A DNA stretch of 64,000 nucleotides from Spirochaetota bacterium (GTDB lineage: Bacteria; Spirochaetota; UBA4802; JAFGDQ01): contig JAZDKB010000018.1 of the NCBI GenBank assembly GCA_043803405.1, forward strand, positions 160,001 to 224,000, written 5' to 3'. The translations under genes were made by a program, and so were the position numbers. The notes beneath the pieces were generated by a model, which saw nothing but the letters and a program-made list of their open reading frames with translations, had not been told where the DNA came from and made no database searches. This document shows, one piece after another, positions 10,558 through 20,304 of the stretch. Every line of letters starts with the position of its first letter. Positions within the stretch are counted from its first letter, which is position 1.

Positions 10558-10588
10558 CTATATAATAGTATATAGCTAAAAGTATATA
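10558..10588. promoter_or_regulatory. Candidate PadR operator
   Basis: Palindrome CTATATA-atag-TATATAG (10558-10575) plus a second AGTATATA 14 bp further on, 25 bp upstream of the padR start. Confidence 0.4.
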
Positions 10589-10806
10589 ACAAGTGATAAA
10601 AATTGACTTTTATGTCAATATTATTTTTGATTTTTTTTATAAAATATGTTCGATAAAGTTTATTTCAGGAATTTTATTAAATTGTGAGAGGGGTATCCGG
10701 ATGCAGGAATATGATTAAAAATCAATGTCAATCTGACAAGTTATCTGACTTTTTATAAGATTTAATATTTCAAATGAACCCTGGATATGTCCCTAGATAA
10801 TACAAT

Positions 10807-10900
10807 GTCATTTCGAACCCTGTGCCTCCCAGGCGAAGTCGCTGGAAAGCAGGGCTAAAAATCTATTCTTATTGAGATTTCTCCCTTCGGTCGAAATGAC
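10807..10900. repeat. GTCATTTCGA...TCGAAATGAC REP-like element
   Basis: 10-bp terminal inverted repeats; right half GAGATTTCTCCCTTCGGTCGAAATGAC resembles the widespread GTCAT..ATGAC REP class. Confidence 0.7.
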
Positions 10901-10918
10901 CTTATATTTATTAATGTA

Positions 10919-11416
10919 CTAATCTATCTTGCAAAACAACGAACCTTTAGCTCCGCATACCGGGCATGTTCCGGGCGCTTCCTTCTCGGCAGTGAATCCA
11001 CATACAGGGCAAATGTAATATGAATATGTTTCCTTAGATTTGCCTAAACTGTCCAGAAGATTCTGGTAAAGCTGAGCATGTATTTTTTCTACTGAATTTG
11101 CGAACGAGAATGTCCTCTCAGCAGCCTTGTTCCCTTCGGATTTTGCAGCTTCAATCATCTCAGGATACATGCTTGTGAATTCATGAGTCTCGCCCGAAAC
11201 CGCTTCCTGAAGATTCTCTTTTGTGCTCTTAATCCCGTTAAGCACTTTTAGATGACTGTGCGCATGTATAGTCTCTGCTTCTGCAGCTGCGCGGAAAAGC
11301 TTTGCTAGCTGGGGATACCCTTCCTGGTCTGCTTTCGCCGCAAAAGCAAGATACTTTCTGTTTGCCTGTGATTCTCCTGCAAAGGCCTCTTTTAAATTCT
11401 GTTCTGTTTTCGACAT
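10919..11416 (-). CDS. rbr: Rubrerythrin
   Basis: AFAGESQANRKY, EAETIHA, VEKIHA, and a C-terminal CPVCG..CPVCG rubredoxin domain. Confidence 0.93.
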   Translation of the reverse strand: MSKTEQNLKEAFAGESQANRKYLAFAAKADQEGYPQLAKLFRAAAEAETIHAHSHLKVLNGIKSTKENLQEAVSGETHEFTSMYPEMIEAAKSEGNKAAERTFSFANSVEKIHAQLYQNLLDSLGKSKETYSYYICPVCGFTAEKEAPGTCPVCGAKGSLFCKID

Positions 11417-11487
11417 GCTTAAGTTTCTCCCTGTATGATTAAATATTGCTGTCTTTGGCCTTCAAGCGTTCTAAAGACAGCTTAACT

Positions 11488-11853
11488 CTATTTGCCTGAG
11501 CTTGCATCTATTAATACATTACCGCGCGTGACCCTGCTTGCTCCTGTCTGTTTAAGAACAATTGCTTCCTCGTATTTGCTGGTTAAATCAATCTCCAGAT
11601 CGTCTTTTGATAAAACTGAAACTTCTCCCATAATATCAGTTCTGCCTTTGTTTAATAATATAATAATGGGTGCTGACGTTAATCGTTTGAACCTTAATTC
11701 CGCTAGTTCACCGTTTGCCCTTCCGAAAACAGTTATTGATAACATACCTTTTTTTACTGCGTCATTTACTCCGACCTTTTCTGCTGCCATTGCAGCTGCC
11801 GAACAAAATATTAGGGACAATGCAAAGCAAAAACAAATCATTGATTTTTTCAT
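11488..11853 (-). CDS. Hypothetical exported protein
   Basis: Signal peptide ending AMA; AGGAG RBS upstream. Confidence 0.65.
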   Translation of the reverse strand: MKKSMICFCFALSLIFCSAAAMAAEKVGVNDAVKKGMLSITVFGRANGELAELRFKRLTSAPIIILLNKGRTDIMGEVSVLSKDDLEIDLTSKYEEAIVLKQTGASRVTRGNVLIDASSGK

Positions 11854-12072
11854 TTGATTTTCTCCTTATGTTTAATTTTAAAGAAACTGATGTTTCTGTT
11901 TTTAATGATCTTTATTAAATCGGCTTAATTATTAAAAACGCGTTTTTATTTAAAAGATACTTTATGCAAGGTCCTGTAATGCAGATCAATTTGTATTATA
12001 TATTTTTACATAAATTATAACAAGCTAATTTTATAAATTGATAATTACGACTGCATTAGTTGCCGTAAAATT

Positions 12073-12453
12073 TTAATCCAGAACACCCAAAGGCATTGGT
12101 ATGAGCTGCTTGTTATTGTTCATGCATATTATATCAACCTCTGCTTCCACCATTCCCTGGCCGTTAAGCTCAACACGCTGAATTAGCCTGCGCCTGAATT
12201 CGCTCCTGTCCTGGCCGACTTTTGTCACAACCTGAAGATTATCCCCCAGCTTTGCAGCCTTTAAAAATTTTATTTTCATCTCATATACGGCAAAGTTGAA
12301 TCCTTCCGCGTTATACTGGCTTATTGGTTTGCCGTTCCTGGATACAAATTCGCTTCTGGCCCTTTCCATATACTTAAGATAATTAGCATGATATACAATA
12401 CCGAGACAATCCGTATCTTCGTAATATACCTTTACATCTATTCTGTGTTCCAT
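12073..12453 (-). CDS. YbgC/FadM-family acyl-CoA thioesterase
   Basis: VYYEDTDCLGIVYHANYLKYMERAR; start corrected to MEHRI at 12453 (AAGGA upstream). Confidence 0.88.
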   Translation of the reverse strand: MEHRIDVKVYYEDTDCLGIVYHANYLKYMERARSEFVSRNGKPISQYNAEGFNFAVYEMKIKFLKAAKLGDNLQVVTKVGQDRSEFRRRLIQRVELNGQGMVEAEVDIICMNNNKQLIPMPLGVLD

Positions 12454-12657
12454 AAATAGCGTCCTTACCTGTAATGAATATACTATGTCTGTGACTAAAA
12501 AAAATACCTGGGAGATTGTCAACAGATAAAATATTATTACATAATAACCCGATTGCACCGAAAGCTGGTGCGATAACACCGGAGGAATACTACAGGGTAT
12601 TTTATTTGACTTTTTAAAAATATTAGTATCACACTATAAACTATTTTTCTGATCTAC

Positions 12658-12685
12658 GGAACTTTTATTGATCTTTATTGTCTAA
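12658..12685 (+). promoter_or_regulatory. RpoE-type ECF promoter
   Basis: G-GAACTT-N16-TCTAA, 30 bp upstream of the VWA gene start. Confidence 0.6.
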
Positions 12686-12715
12686 AAAATATAATAAAAA
12701 ACCGGAGGCATTATA

Positions 12716-14587
12716 ATGAAAAAATTACTATTTCTGATAATCGCATTTGTTTTTATATTCGGATGCGCTGATTCAAAAATGGCAAAAGTATCGTCCGATG
12801 ATAAAAGCTTAAGAGATGAAGTGGCTGCAGACACATCTTCGGCCAAACAGGACATGGAAAGGGCAAAGGCTTCTTCCGAAGAAAAAGACGCATCCGGCTA
12901 CAAGGAAGCAAAGAAGGCATCTGAGCCGGCATCGCCCTCGAAAAAGAAGAAGAACGGGGACAGCAAGGCGGACATGGCAGCTCCGGCCGGAGCGCCTTCT
13001 CCTCGTGAATCGTCTGCCGGAGCAGGCGTTGGCGGCGGAAGGAGCACAGTGCCGTCATCATCAGGACTAAAGGCAGGCTTTGCGGACGACAATAAGCAAT
13101 TCAATTACTTTGTAAAATTTCTTGAACAGTACAAAGGCTCTGCGAAGCATTATCCTGCAAATATTGAGGAACGCATTATACTTAAAGTATTTGATTTCAA
13201 AAACAAAAGCATAGCCAATGCAAAGATCGATATTTTTGCTGACAAAAAACAATTATGTTCCGGAAGAACATACGCGGACGGCAGCTTTTTGTTTTTTCCT
13301 TCAGAGTACGGGAATAAGCCTGCGGCTTACAGGGCTGTAATTACATCGCAGCAGAAATCAAAAGAAATAAAAATAGACAGGCAGGGCAAACGTGAAATTG
13401 ACGTAAATTTTGACGGGCTTCGTCCTGAGATGAAAAATATTCCTATAGATATTTTATTCATTCTGGACACAACTGGCAGCATGGGCGAAGAGATAAGCAG
13501 GCTTAAAGACACAATAGAAATAATCAATATGAACATCGCGTCCATTTCAAGCAAGCCGAAGGTTCGTTTCGGCATGGTTCTGTACAGGGATAAAGACGAA
13601 GAATACCTGACAAAAATTATTCCGCTTACTGACGATCTTGACAGGTTCAGGGAGGAGCTTAACAAAGTTGAGGCCAACGGCGGTGGAGACGGGCCGGAAG
13701 ATCTCCAGTCCGCATTATCGGATGCGTTAACTAAAATAAAATGGAATAATAACGGCATACGCCTTAGCTTTATTATTACGGACGCTCCCCCTCACATTGA
13801 CTACGGGCAAAAATACACTTATATAAACGCAGCCCGTGACGCGAGACAAAAAGGAATAAAGATATTCTCCGTAGGCACAGGCGGCCTTGATATAAACGGC
13901 GAATACGTTTTAAGGCAATTGTCGCAATACACGTATTCAAAGTATATCTTCCTTACTTACGGCGAAAGAGGCGAGGCTGAAGGCGGGAAGGAAGGCAGCG
14001 TGAGCCATCACACAGGCGCGAATTTTCAGACCGACAAGCTCGAGAGCATAATCATCCGCTTTGCAAAGGAAGAGCTTTCTTTTCAGTCGGATAAGCCTCT
14101 GGAACAGGGAGAGGAATTTATTCAGGCTGTTAAAATAAAAGACGAGCAGAACGAAGCGACACTTAAAAAGCTTAATGACATGTGCATTGCACAGCTTATT
14201 GATTATTCGTCAATAGGCATTCCTTTGGGTACAACTGTAAGCGTAATTCCCTTTGCTTCGGACAACAAAGCGCTTAAATCAAATGCCGAGTATTTTACAG
14301 AACAGATGGCCTTTTCGCTTGCCAGGAACAAGACATTTAAAATAGTTGAACGCAAGGATATGCAGAAAATCCTTAAAGAGCTTGAACTTCAGTTTACAGG
14401 CCTTGTTAAGGATGAAAGCGCTGTTAAGGCAGGCAAACTCATCGGCGCAAAAATGATAATTACAGGAAATATTTACGAAAAGCCAGCCAATTATGAGATA
14501 TTTTTAAAGCTGCTGCGCGTTGAAACAGGGGAAGTGGTTTCCGTTAACAAGCTAAGAATAGACAGAATGCTTGGACTTTCAAAATAG
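12716..14587 (+). CDS. VWA-domain lipoprotein with C-terminal FlgO/CsgG-like domain
   Basis: Lipobox IFGC; low-complexity linker; MIDAS LDTTGSM, GGGDGPED, ITDAPPH; C-terminal IVERKDMQKILKEL..AGKLIGAK..LLRVETGEV. Confidence 0.8.
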   Translation: MKKLLFLIIAFVFIFGCADSKMAKVSSDDKSLRDEVAADTSSAKQDMERAKASSEEKDASGYKEAKKASEPASPSKKKKNGDSKADMAAPAGAPSPRESSAGAGVGGGRSTVPSSSGLKAGFADDNKQFNYFVKFLEQYKGSAKHYPANIEERIILKVFDFKNKSIANAKIDIFADKKQLCSGRTYADGSFLFFPSEYGNKPAAYRAVITSQQKSKEIKIDRQGKREIDVNFDGLRPEMKNIPIDILFILDTTGSMGEEISRLKDTIEIINMNIASISSKPKVRFGMVLYRDKDEEYLTKIIPLTDDLDRFREELNKVEANGGGDGPEDLQSALSDALTKIKWNNNGIRLSFIITDAPPHIDYGQKYTYINAARDARQKGIKIFSVGTGGLDINGEYVLRQLSQYTYSKYIFLTYGERGEAEGGKEGSVSHHTGANFQTDKLESIIIRFAKEELSFQSDKPLEQGEEFIQAVKIKDEQNEATLKKLNDMCIAQLIDYSSIGIPLGTTVSVIPFASDNKALKSNAEYFTEQMAFSLARNKTFKIVERKDMQKILKELELQFTGLVKDESAVKAGKLIGAKMIITGNIYEKPANYEIFLKLLRVETGEVVSVNKLRIDRMLGLSK

Positions 14588-14781
14588 AGGACAGTATCAT
14601 TATACATCGATCAGGGGAGTTTTAATGCTTAGGCATATAAACTCCTCTGTACTTCGGATATTTCCTCTTTGCATTCAATCCCATACTGAAGCTTCCCTTG
14701 GGAGCAGCAAATGCTGCTAAAATAATACTTGCCAATATGATATTTTTTATCAGGATGAGTTAATACTTCAGGAGAATTAAA

Positions 14782-16452
14782 TTGAAAAAGAACGATAACA
14801 ATATTCATCCGCTCGGCACACGCGCGCGTATTCTTTTATCCAGCGTTTTCGGGCCATATGCCCGGGACGACGAATACGGCAGCCGCGCAATCAATCCTAT
14901 GGAGCTTTACCACAACCAGGTAACGCGCGTGCAGGGCCCGTTCTCCCTGCGTATGTTTCACCGCTCGTTCGGGCTTATGCTTATACAGGAGAACGTAGAC
15001 GCACCGTGCACACTTCTCGACTTCCCAACGCTGGAGCGCTTTGCAGAAGAAATAAAAACAAAGGCTTATGATATTATAGGAATAAGCTCCATTATTCCGA
15101 ATGTAGGCAAAGTAAAAAAGATGTGCGAGATTATACGCAAACATGCTGCGGACGTCAAGATCGTAGTAGGCGGCCATATAGCAAACCTTCCCGACCTGCA
15201 CAAAATAATCGATGCTGACTTTATAGTAAAAGGCGAAGGCATAAGCTGGTTCAGAAAATATCTGGGACAGGATACTAAAGCGCCTGTTAAGCACCCTGCT
15301 GTCATCTCGGGATTCGGCAACCGCATTTTCGGCATACGCCTTCCGGGCAAGGACACTGCTGCTACGCTCATCCCTTCAGTAGGCTGCCCTATGGGCTGTA
15401 ACTTCTGTTCAACATCGCATCTCTTTGGAGGCAAAGGCAAATCCGTGAACTTTTATGAAACAGGTGATGAGCTTTTTAACGTGATACTCCAGATCGAAAG
15501 CAAGTTGAATGTGCAGAGATTTTTTATAATGGATGAGAACTTTCTGCTGTATAAGCAGCGTGCTTTAAGGCTTCTGGAGCTTATAGAGAAGCACAAAAAA
15601 AGCTGGTCGTTCTATATATTCAGCTCCGCAAAGGTCATTAGCTCGTATTCCGATGAACAGCTTCTGGGTCTAGGAGTATCGTGGATTTGGATGGGGCTTG
15701 AAGGTAAAGGAAGCCAGTACACCAAGCTAAAGGAGATCGATACCCGTTCGCTTGTTAAACATCTCCAGTCCATCGGGATCGGAGTGCTCGGATCAAGCAT
15801 AATCGGGCTCGAAAATCACACTCCGGAAAACATTGAAAGCGTTATCGATTACGCGGTGAGCCACGGCACGGATTTTCATCAGTTTATGCTTTACACTCCG
15901 ATTCCGGGAACCGCTTTGTACGAAGAGCATAAAAAAAAGAAAACACTTCTTCCGGAAAAAGAATGCCCTCTTCCGGATACTCACGGCCAGTACCGTTTTA
16001 ATTTTAAGCATAAATATATTAAAAATAAACAGGAGATACAATATCTTCTGCAGGCATTTCAAAAGGACTTTGAAACAAACGGCCCCAGCATTGCGCGGTT
16101 AATCAGGACTTTGCTTAACGCGTGGAAGCAGCACAAGGACCATGCTGATATGCGCGTGCGCTCGCGCATTCTCTGGGAAACACGCAGGCTCAGGGATGTG
16201 TACCCGGGCGCCGTGTGGGCAATGAGGAAATATTATAAAAAAAATAAATATATGTATGATAAGCTTTCGGAAATACTCCGTGATATTTACAAAGAATTCG
16301 GGATCATTGTCAGGATAATCGCGCCTGCTGTGGGTATGTGGGTGTACTTTAAGATCGCGAAGGAAGCGCACAGGCTCTCGTGCGGATGGACTTACGAACC
16401 TGAGACGCATTACGAAAAGAACGAAAAAGCTCTGGCTATGGAAGGGCAGTGA
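14782..16452 (+). CDS. Cobalamin-binding radical SAM protein
   Basis: B12-binding region (IIGISS..IVVGGH..VKGEG), CPMGCNFC, IMDENF, YTPIPGT; TTG start after AGGAG. Confidence 0.88.
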   Translation: MKKNDNNIHPLGTRARILLSSVFGPYARDDEYGSRAINPMELYHNQVTRVQGPFSLRMFHRSFGLMLIQENVDAPCTLLDFPTLERFAEEIKTKAYDIIGISSIIPNVGKVKKMCEIIRKHAADVKIVVGGHIANLPDLHKIIDADFIVKGEGISWFRKYLGQDTKAPVKHPAVISGFGNRIFGIRLPGKDTAATLIPSVGCPMGCNFCSTSHLFGGKGKSVNFYETGDELFNVILQIESKLNVQRFFIMDENFLLYKQRALRLLELIEKHKKSWSFYIFSSAKVISSYSDEQLLGLGVSWIWMGLEGKGSQYTKLKEIDTRSLVKHLQSIGIGVLGSSIIGLENHTPENIESVIDYAVSHGTDFHQFMLYTPIPGTALYEEHKKKKTLLPEKECPLPDTHGQYRFNFKHKYIKNKQEIQYLLQAFQKDFETNGPSIARLIRTLLNAWKQHKDHADMRVRSRILWETRRLRDVYPGAVWAMRKYYKKNKYMYDKLSEILRDIYKEFGIIVRIIAPAVGMWVYFKIAKEAHRLSCGWTYEPETHYEKNEKALAMEGQ

Positions 16453-16739
16453 GTTGCGGCTTTTTCTGTTAGTTCCAAGTAGACCTTCTTCCTGCTTAGT
16501 CCGTCCCTGCTGACTCCGAAAGATTATCAGTCACCGTAAGGCCCGTCCCCGTCTTAGCAAAAATCCAGAGGTGATTCTTCAGTCGAACGCCTATCATCCT
16601 GAGAGTGCGTTGGAAAGCCATTGCTTCTGTGACTGCGTTTTACTATCAGGTACCTTTTTCTTCCCGGAAAAATCTCTTTAATAATAAAATATAATTTAAT
16701 ATAATATAATTCAGTTTTAAATTTTACGCGAGGTATTCA

Positions 16740-17777
16740 ATGATACGGATTAATATTAATTTGGTCCGTCAGGGAATGACTACCGCCGGTAACATTTATT
16801 CAGTCGACGGGACTCTGCTTATACCGATAAACACAACCTTGACAGGTGATTATATAAGGAAACTCAAACAGGAAGGTTTTGATTCCATATATGTTCAGAA
16901 TCCGCATATAAAAGGTTTAGAACCATTTGACCGGGAAATTGAGAGAATAAAAGCTGAAGCAACAAGTATAATTCACCGTGAATGCGCAGATATACGATCA
17001 GATAAAAAATTAAATCTATCATGTATTTACAATATATCTGAAATGATTGTCGATTGTGTGTTAAGTAATAGGAATCTGCTTATTCATCTTTCTGATATCC
17101 GTGCGCACAATGATTATACCTTCGGCCATTCTGTTAACGTGTGCATGCTTTCGATCATGACCGGAATTAAAATGAGATATAATAATACCCAGCTTCATGA
17201 ATTGTCCGTAGGTGCACTTCTTCATGATATCGGAAAACTTCTGATTCCGGATGAAATTCTTTCCAAGCCTTCAAAACTTGTCGGCGATGACTGGAAGATC
17301 ATGAGACAGCACGTTACTCTGGGTTACGAAATTGTTATGGAGAAAACCGGGAATGTATCGCCGCGTTCGGGTAACATTATACTGCAGCATCATGAGAACT
17401 ATAACTGCAGGGGATATCCGGCCGGACTGTGCAGTGATGAGATCGATGAATATGCGAAAATTACAGCAGTAGCTGACATGTATGACGCTATAACAGCTGA
17501 CCGCACATACAGGCCTGCATCATATCATCATGACGCTTATCACAGTATACTTGCCGCAAAAGGCGTGAGATTTGATCAGGAGATTGTCGATGTATTTATA
17601 AATAATGTTGCTAAGTATCCGATTGGAAGTGTGATTTTGTTAAGCACTTTCGAAACCGGTACTGTAATTGAAAGTTTTGCGGAAACCCAGGATCAGCCTG
17701 TAGTTAAAGTAATAGCTGATGAATACAGAAGGTCTCTGGCCGGCAACGGCCGGATTATTGATGCAACTTTATTTTAA
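16740..17777 (+). CDS. HD-GYP cyclic-dinucleotide phosphodiesterase
   Basis: YTFGHSVNV, LLHDIGK, HHENYNCRGYP, VADMYDA. Confidence 0.88.
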   Translation: MIRININLVRQGMTTAGNIYSVDGTLLIPINTTLTGDYIRKLKQEGFDSIYVQNPHIKGLEPFDREIERIKAEATSIIHRECADIRSDKKLNLSCIYNISEMIVDCVLSNRNLLIHLSDIRAHNDYTFGHSVNVCMLSIMTGIKMRYNNTQLHELSVGALLHDIGKLLIPDEILSKPSKLVGDDWKIMRQHVTLGYEIVMEKTGNVSPRSGNIILQHHENYNCRGYPAGLCSDEIDEYAKITAVADMYDAITADRTYRPASYHHDAYHSILAAKGVRFDQEIVDVFINNVAKYPIGSVILLSTFETGTVIESFAETQDQPVVKVIADEYRRSLAGNGRIIDATLF

Positions 17778-18224
17778 AAAATTAATAATTTCCTGAATAT
17801 CCGGTAATTCCTTAATCGGATAAACCTTGACAAAGATAGCCTTTCTTTGCTCGTCGAGGATTACATTAGCCCGCTCAGAGAAACCTAACTTATCAATTAA
17901 TAATCCGAGTTTTGAAGCTAGTCCGCCATGCGGCCAAAAATCGGATAGTAAATCTATTCTTTCTATGCCAAGACTTTTTGCCCATGCCTTTTTACAGGGT
18001 ACTGCATCAATGGATAATCCCAGCGGAACAGTGTTCAATTTTTTAAAAGTCTCAAAGTTCGATTCAAGTGATTGCATCTGTTTTGCACAAATATCAGTCC
18101 ATGCTAAAGGATGGAAGGACATCAGTATTTTTTTCCCTTCCAATGCGGCGGTATCGAGGATTGTATCATTCTGGTTTTTTAATGAAAAATTTTCAAAATA
18201 ATCACCTGTCTTTATTCTAGTCAT
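17769..18224 (-). CDS. Peroxiredoxin (AhpC/TSA, AhpE-like)
   Basis: FHPLAWTDIC (PxxxTxxC), LSDFWPHG, SERA; start MTRIK at 18224 after AGGAG. Confidence 0.88.
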   Translation of the reverse strand: MTRIKTGDYFENFSLKNQNDTILDTAALEGKKILMSFHPLAWTDICAKQMQSLESNFETFKKLNTVPLGLSIDAVPCKKAWAKSLGIERIDLLSDFWPHGGLASKLGLLIDKLGFSERANVILDEQRKAIFVKVYPIKELPDIQEIINFLK

Positions 18225-18645
18225 CTTCTCCTCCTGATTTATTGATTGATAACCCTGCATATTATATATATGCTAAATCTTTTTTACAAACAAAATTTAA
18301 ACAAGATTATTGAGTAATGCTGGGCAAAGTACAGCAATCCAATATACAGTTATCAATATTCAGAAGCTCCGATAGAAGGAGGTAACGCAAAATTTCCGGA
18401 GTGATCAATTGTTATCCCTGTTTCCGAACATCTGCGAGATAACACATGGTGTACCTGGCATCCCTGCCGGAATTCGCGCTTTCTCAACAGAAAAAGGCAA
18501 TTTAAAACCGCCGGAACACACTGCATTTATAATTGTCTAACCGGAAAATATCCTTATTAAAATATCCTGCATATTTTTAATCCGCATGTCAGTATAACAA
18601 TCCCTGTACAGCGCCTTCACACATTAAAAAATTTTTCCGCGGAAA

Positions 18646-18676
18646 GTGACATTAATATCCTTCATATTTGTTTAAT
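18646..18676 (+). promoter_or_regulatory. Candidate ECF promoter, copy 1
   Basis: GTGACA-N17-TGTTTAAT upstream of the OM barrel gene; the same motif occurs at 21503 and 24263. Confidence 0.65.
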
Positions 18677-18759
18677 CAATAAAGCAATTCAGCGCATGAG
18701 TGTTCTGTTGTTTTTCATTATTAGCTGTGTGCGCTGATAAAATTAAAAAGGAGGTCATA

Positions 18760-19461
18760 ATGAAAAGCATGTCAAAATTTTTTGCCGTAATTTTAGCAGT
18801 ATTCCTCTTTGGCAATTCCGGAATCTTTGCCCAGGAAGCGGCAAAGGCCGCAACTGAAGCGGAAAAAATAACTAACACCGGCGAAACGCAGGATAAACCG
18901 AAGCGCGAGGTGAGTGCGCTTTTTAAAGGCATTGGGAAGGATACTTACATTTCCGGTTACGGTGCGCTTACGGGGTCATACTCAAGGATCAAAGGAGAAG
19001 ATGCGTTCCTGCCCGGCTTCCGTGCTGGACTCATACTGGATAACCTGGTAATTGGCCTGAGCGGCACATGCCTTGCGCATCCGAATAAAAGGAGCGACTT
19101 CGGGGATAATTCATATACGGACGGGAAAGACTACGTGGACTTCAGCTATGGAGGCGCAATGGTCGAATATTACTTCTTCCCGCAAAAACTGGTGCATTTT
19201 TCAATAGGCACTGTGATCGGCGGAGGAAGCCTCAGGTTTTCGTCAGACAGGGATGACGACGATGACAATGACAACAGGGGCGGGGATAAATTTTTCGCAG
19301 TGGAGCCAGAAGCGAATGTTTTCATAAATCTTGCAAGGTTCTGCCGCGTCGGCATAGGCGGTTCGTACAGGTACATCAATGGCCTGGATAATGATACCTA
19401 TAAAGACAGGCATTTCAACGGCGCGAATGTTAAACTGGTAGCAGCTTTCGGATGGTTCTAG
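18760..19461 (+). CDS. Small outer-membrane beta-barrel protein
   Basis: Start MKSMSK at 18760 after AAGGAGG; signal peptide ending IFA; SGYGA, YGGAMVEY, VEPEANV, GGSYRY strands; C-terminal FGWF. Confidence 0.75.
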   Translation: MKSMSKFFAVILAVFLFGNSGIFAQEAAKAATEAEKITNTGETQDKPKREVSALFKGIGKDTYISGYGALTGSYSRIKGEDAFLPGFRAGLILDNLVIGLSGTCLAHPNKRSDFGDNSYTDGKDYVDFSYGGAMVEYYFFPQKLVHFSIGTVIGGGSLRFSSDRDDDDDNDNRGGDKFFAVEPEANVFINLARFCRVGIGGSYRYINGLDNDTYKDRHFNGANVKLVAAFGWF

Positions 19462-19535
19462 GGCAATAGCACATACAGGGGCAGGGGCTGTATCACGCTA
19501 AAAAAAGCAGATTTGTTTATGATAATTTTTGCTGT

Positions 19536-19575
19536 AAATCCCCCCTACCCCCCTTTAAATAAAAAAGGGGGGTAG
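19536..19575. repeat. REP-like palindrome, second copy of the 1290 family
   Basis: AAATCCCCCCTACCCCCCTTT-aaataaa-AAAGGGGGGTAG; 12-bp stem. Confidence 0.65.
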
Positions 19576-19643
19576 CCGTTTCGCCTCAAACGATTTAAAT
19601 TTATAAATAGCTTAAAAATAAATTATTCAAGAGAGAAAAAAAA

Positions 19644-20285
19644 ATGTCTGATACATTATACCTTGTAGGTTATGCCGAAACCTTTGTTTTTATTATGCTT
19701 CTTGCGGCAAGCATAATAGCACTGGCAGTAGGCATAGAGAGGACTGTAATATTCAAAAGGAATACAAATAAAAAAATAGATCTGTTCGTCAGCCGGTTAA
19801 TTGAGCTGTTCCGCAGCCGCAACATTAAAGCCGCTGCCGCGCTGGTAAAGGAAACAGGAGAAAACGTATATACACGTTTTGCGGACTTTTCAATGCATCA
19901 GGCGGAAAAATACGGAAGCGATCTGCCCGAACTTATGTCCGGTAAAATAATAGAGGAAAAGATGTTTCTCGAAAAGCGGCTTACAATATTGAACACTCTT
20001 GGAAACAACGCGCCTTTCATAGGCCTGCTCGGCACAGTGCTCGGCGTTATTAAAGCATTCTACGGGCTTGGCACGCTCGGCAGCACAGGCGCGGAAGTGG
20101 TAATGCGCAGCATCTCAAAGGCTTTGCTTGCTACGGCAGCAGGCCTGTTCATAGCCATACCCGTAGTCATGGCAAACAATTACTTTTCAAAAAAAGTGAA
20201 GATCATTACCCAGCATCTTGAAATTTTTTCCAGAGAAATAAACGCGAGCCTTCGCGCAAAAAAAAAGAATGCAAAGAGTGAATAA
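19644..20285 (+). CDS. exbB: MotA/TolQ/ExbB proton channel
   Basis: APFIGLLGTVLGVIKAF; ALLATAAGLFIAIP. Confidence 0.9.
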   Translation: MSDTLYLVGYAETFVFIMLLAASIIALAVGIERTVIFKRNTNKKIDLFVSRLIELFRSRNIKAAAALVKETGENVYTRFADFSMHQAEKYGSDLPELMSGKIIEEKMFLEKRLTILNTLGNNAPFIGLLGTVLGVIKAFYGLGTLGSTGAEVVMRSISKALLATAAGLFIAIPVVMANNYFSKKVKIITQHLEIFSREINASLRAKKKNAKSE

Positions 20286-20304
20286 ACAAAAGAGGTAAAT
20301 TGCA

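Noticed and set aside
14605..14640. Hairpin GGGGAGTTT..AAACTCCTC after the VWA gene as a riboswitch for the B12 radical SAM gene
   Set aside because: No cobalamin or SAM riboswitch core motifs recognised; more simply a 3' stabilising or terminator hairpin.
18318..18410. c-di-GMP-I riboswitch (GGCAAA and ACGCAAA words present)
   Set aside because: The P2 stem with GNRA loop and the P3 stem cannot be built at the right spacing.
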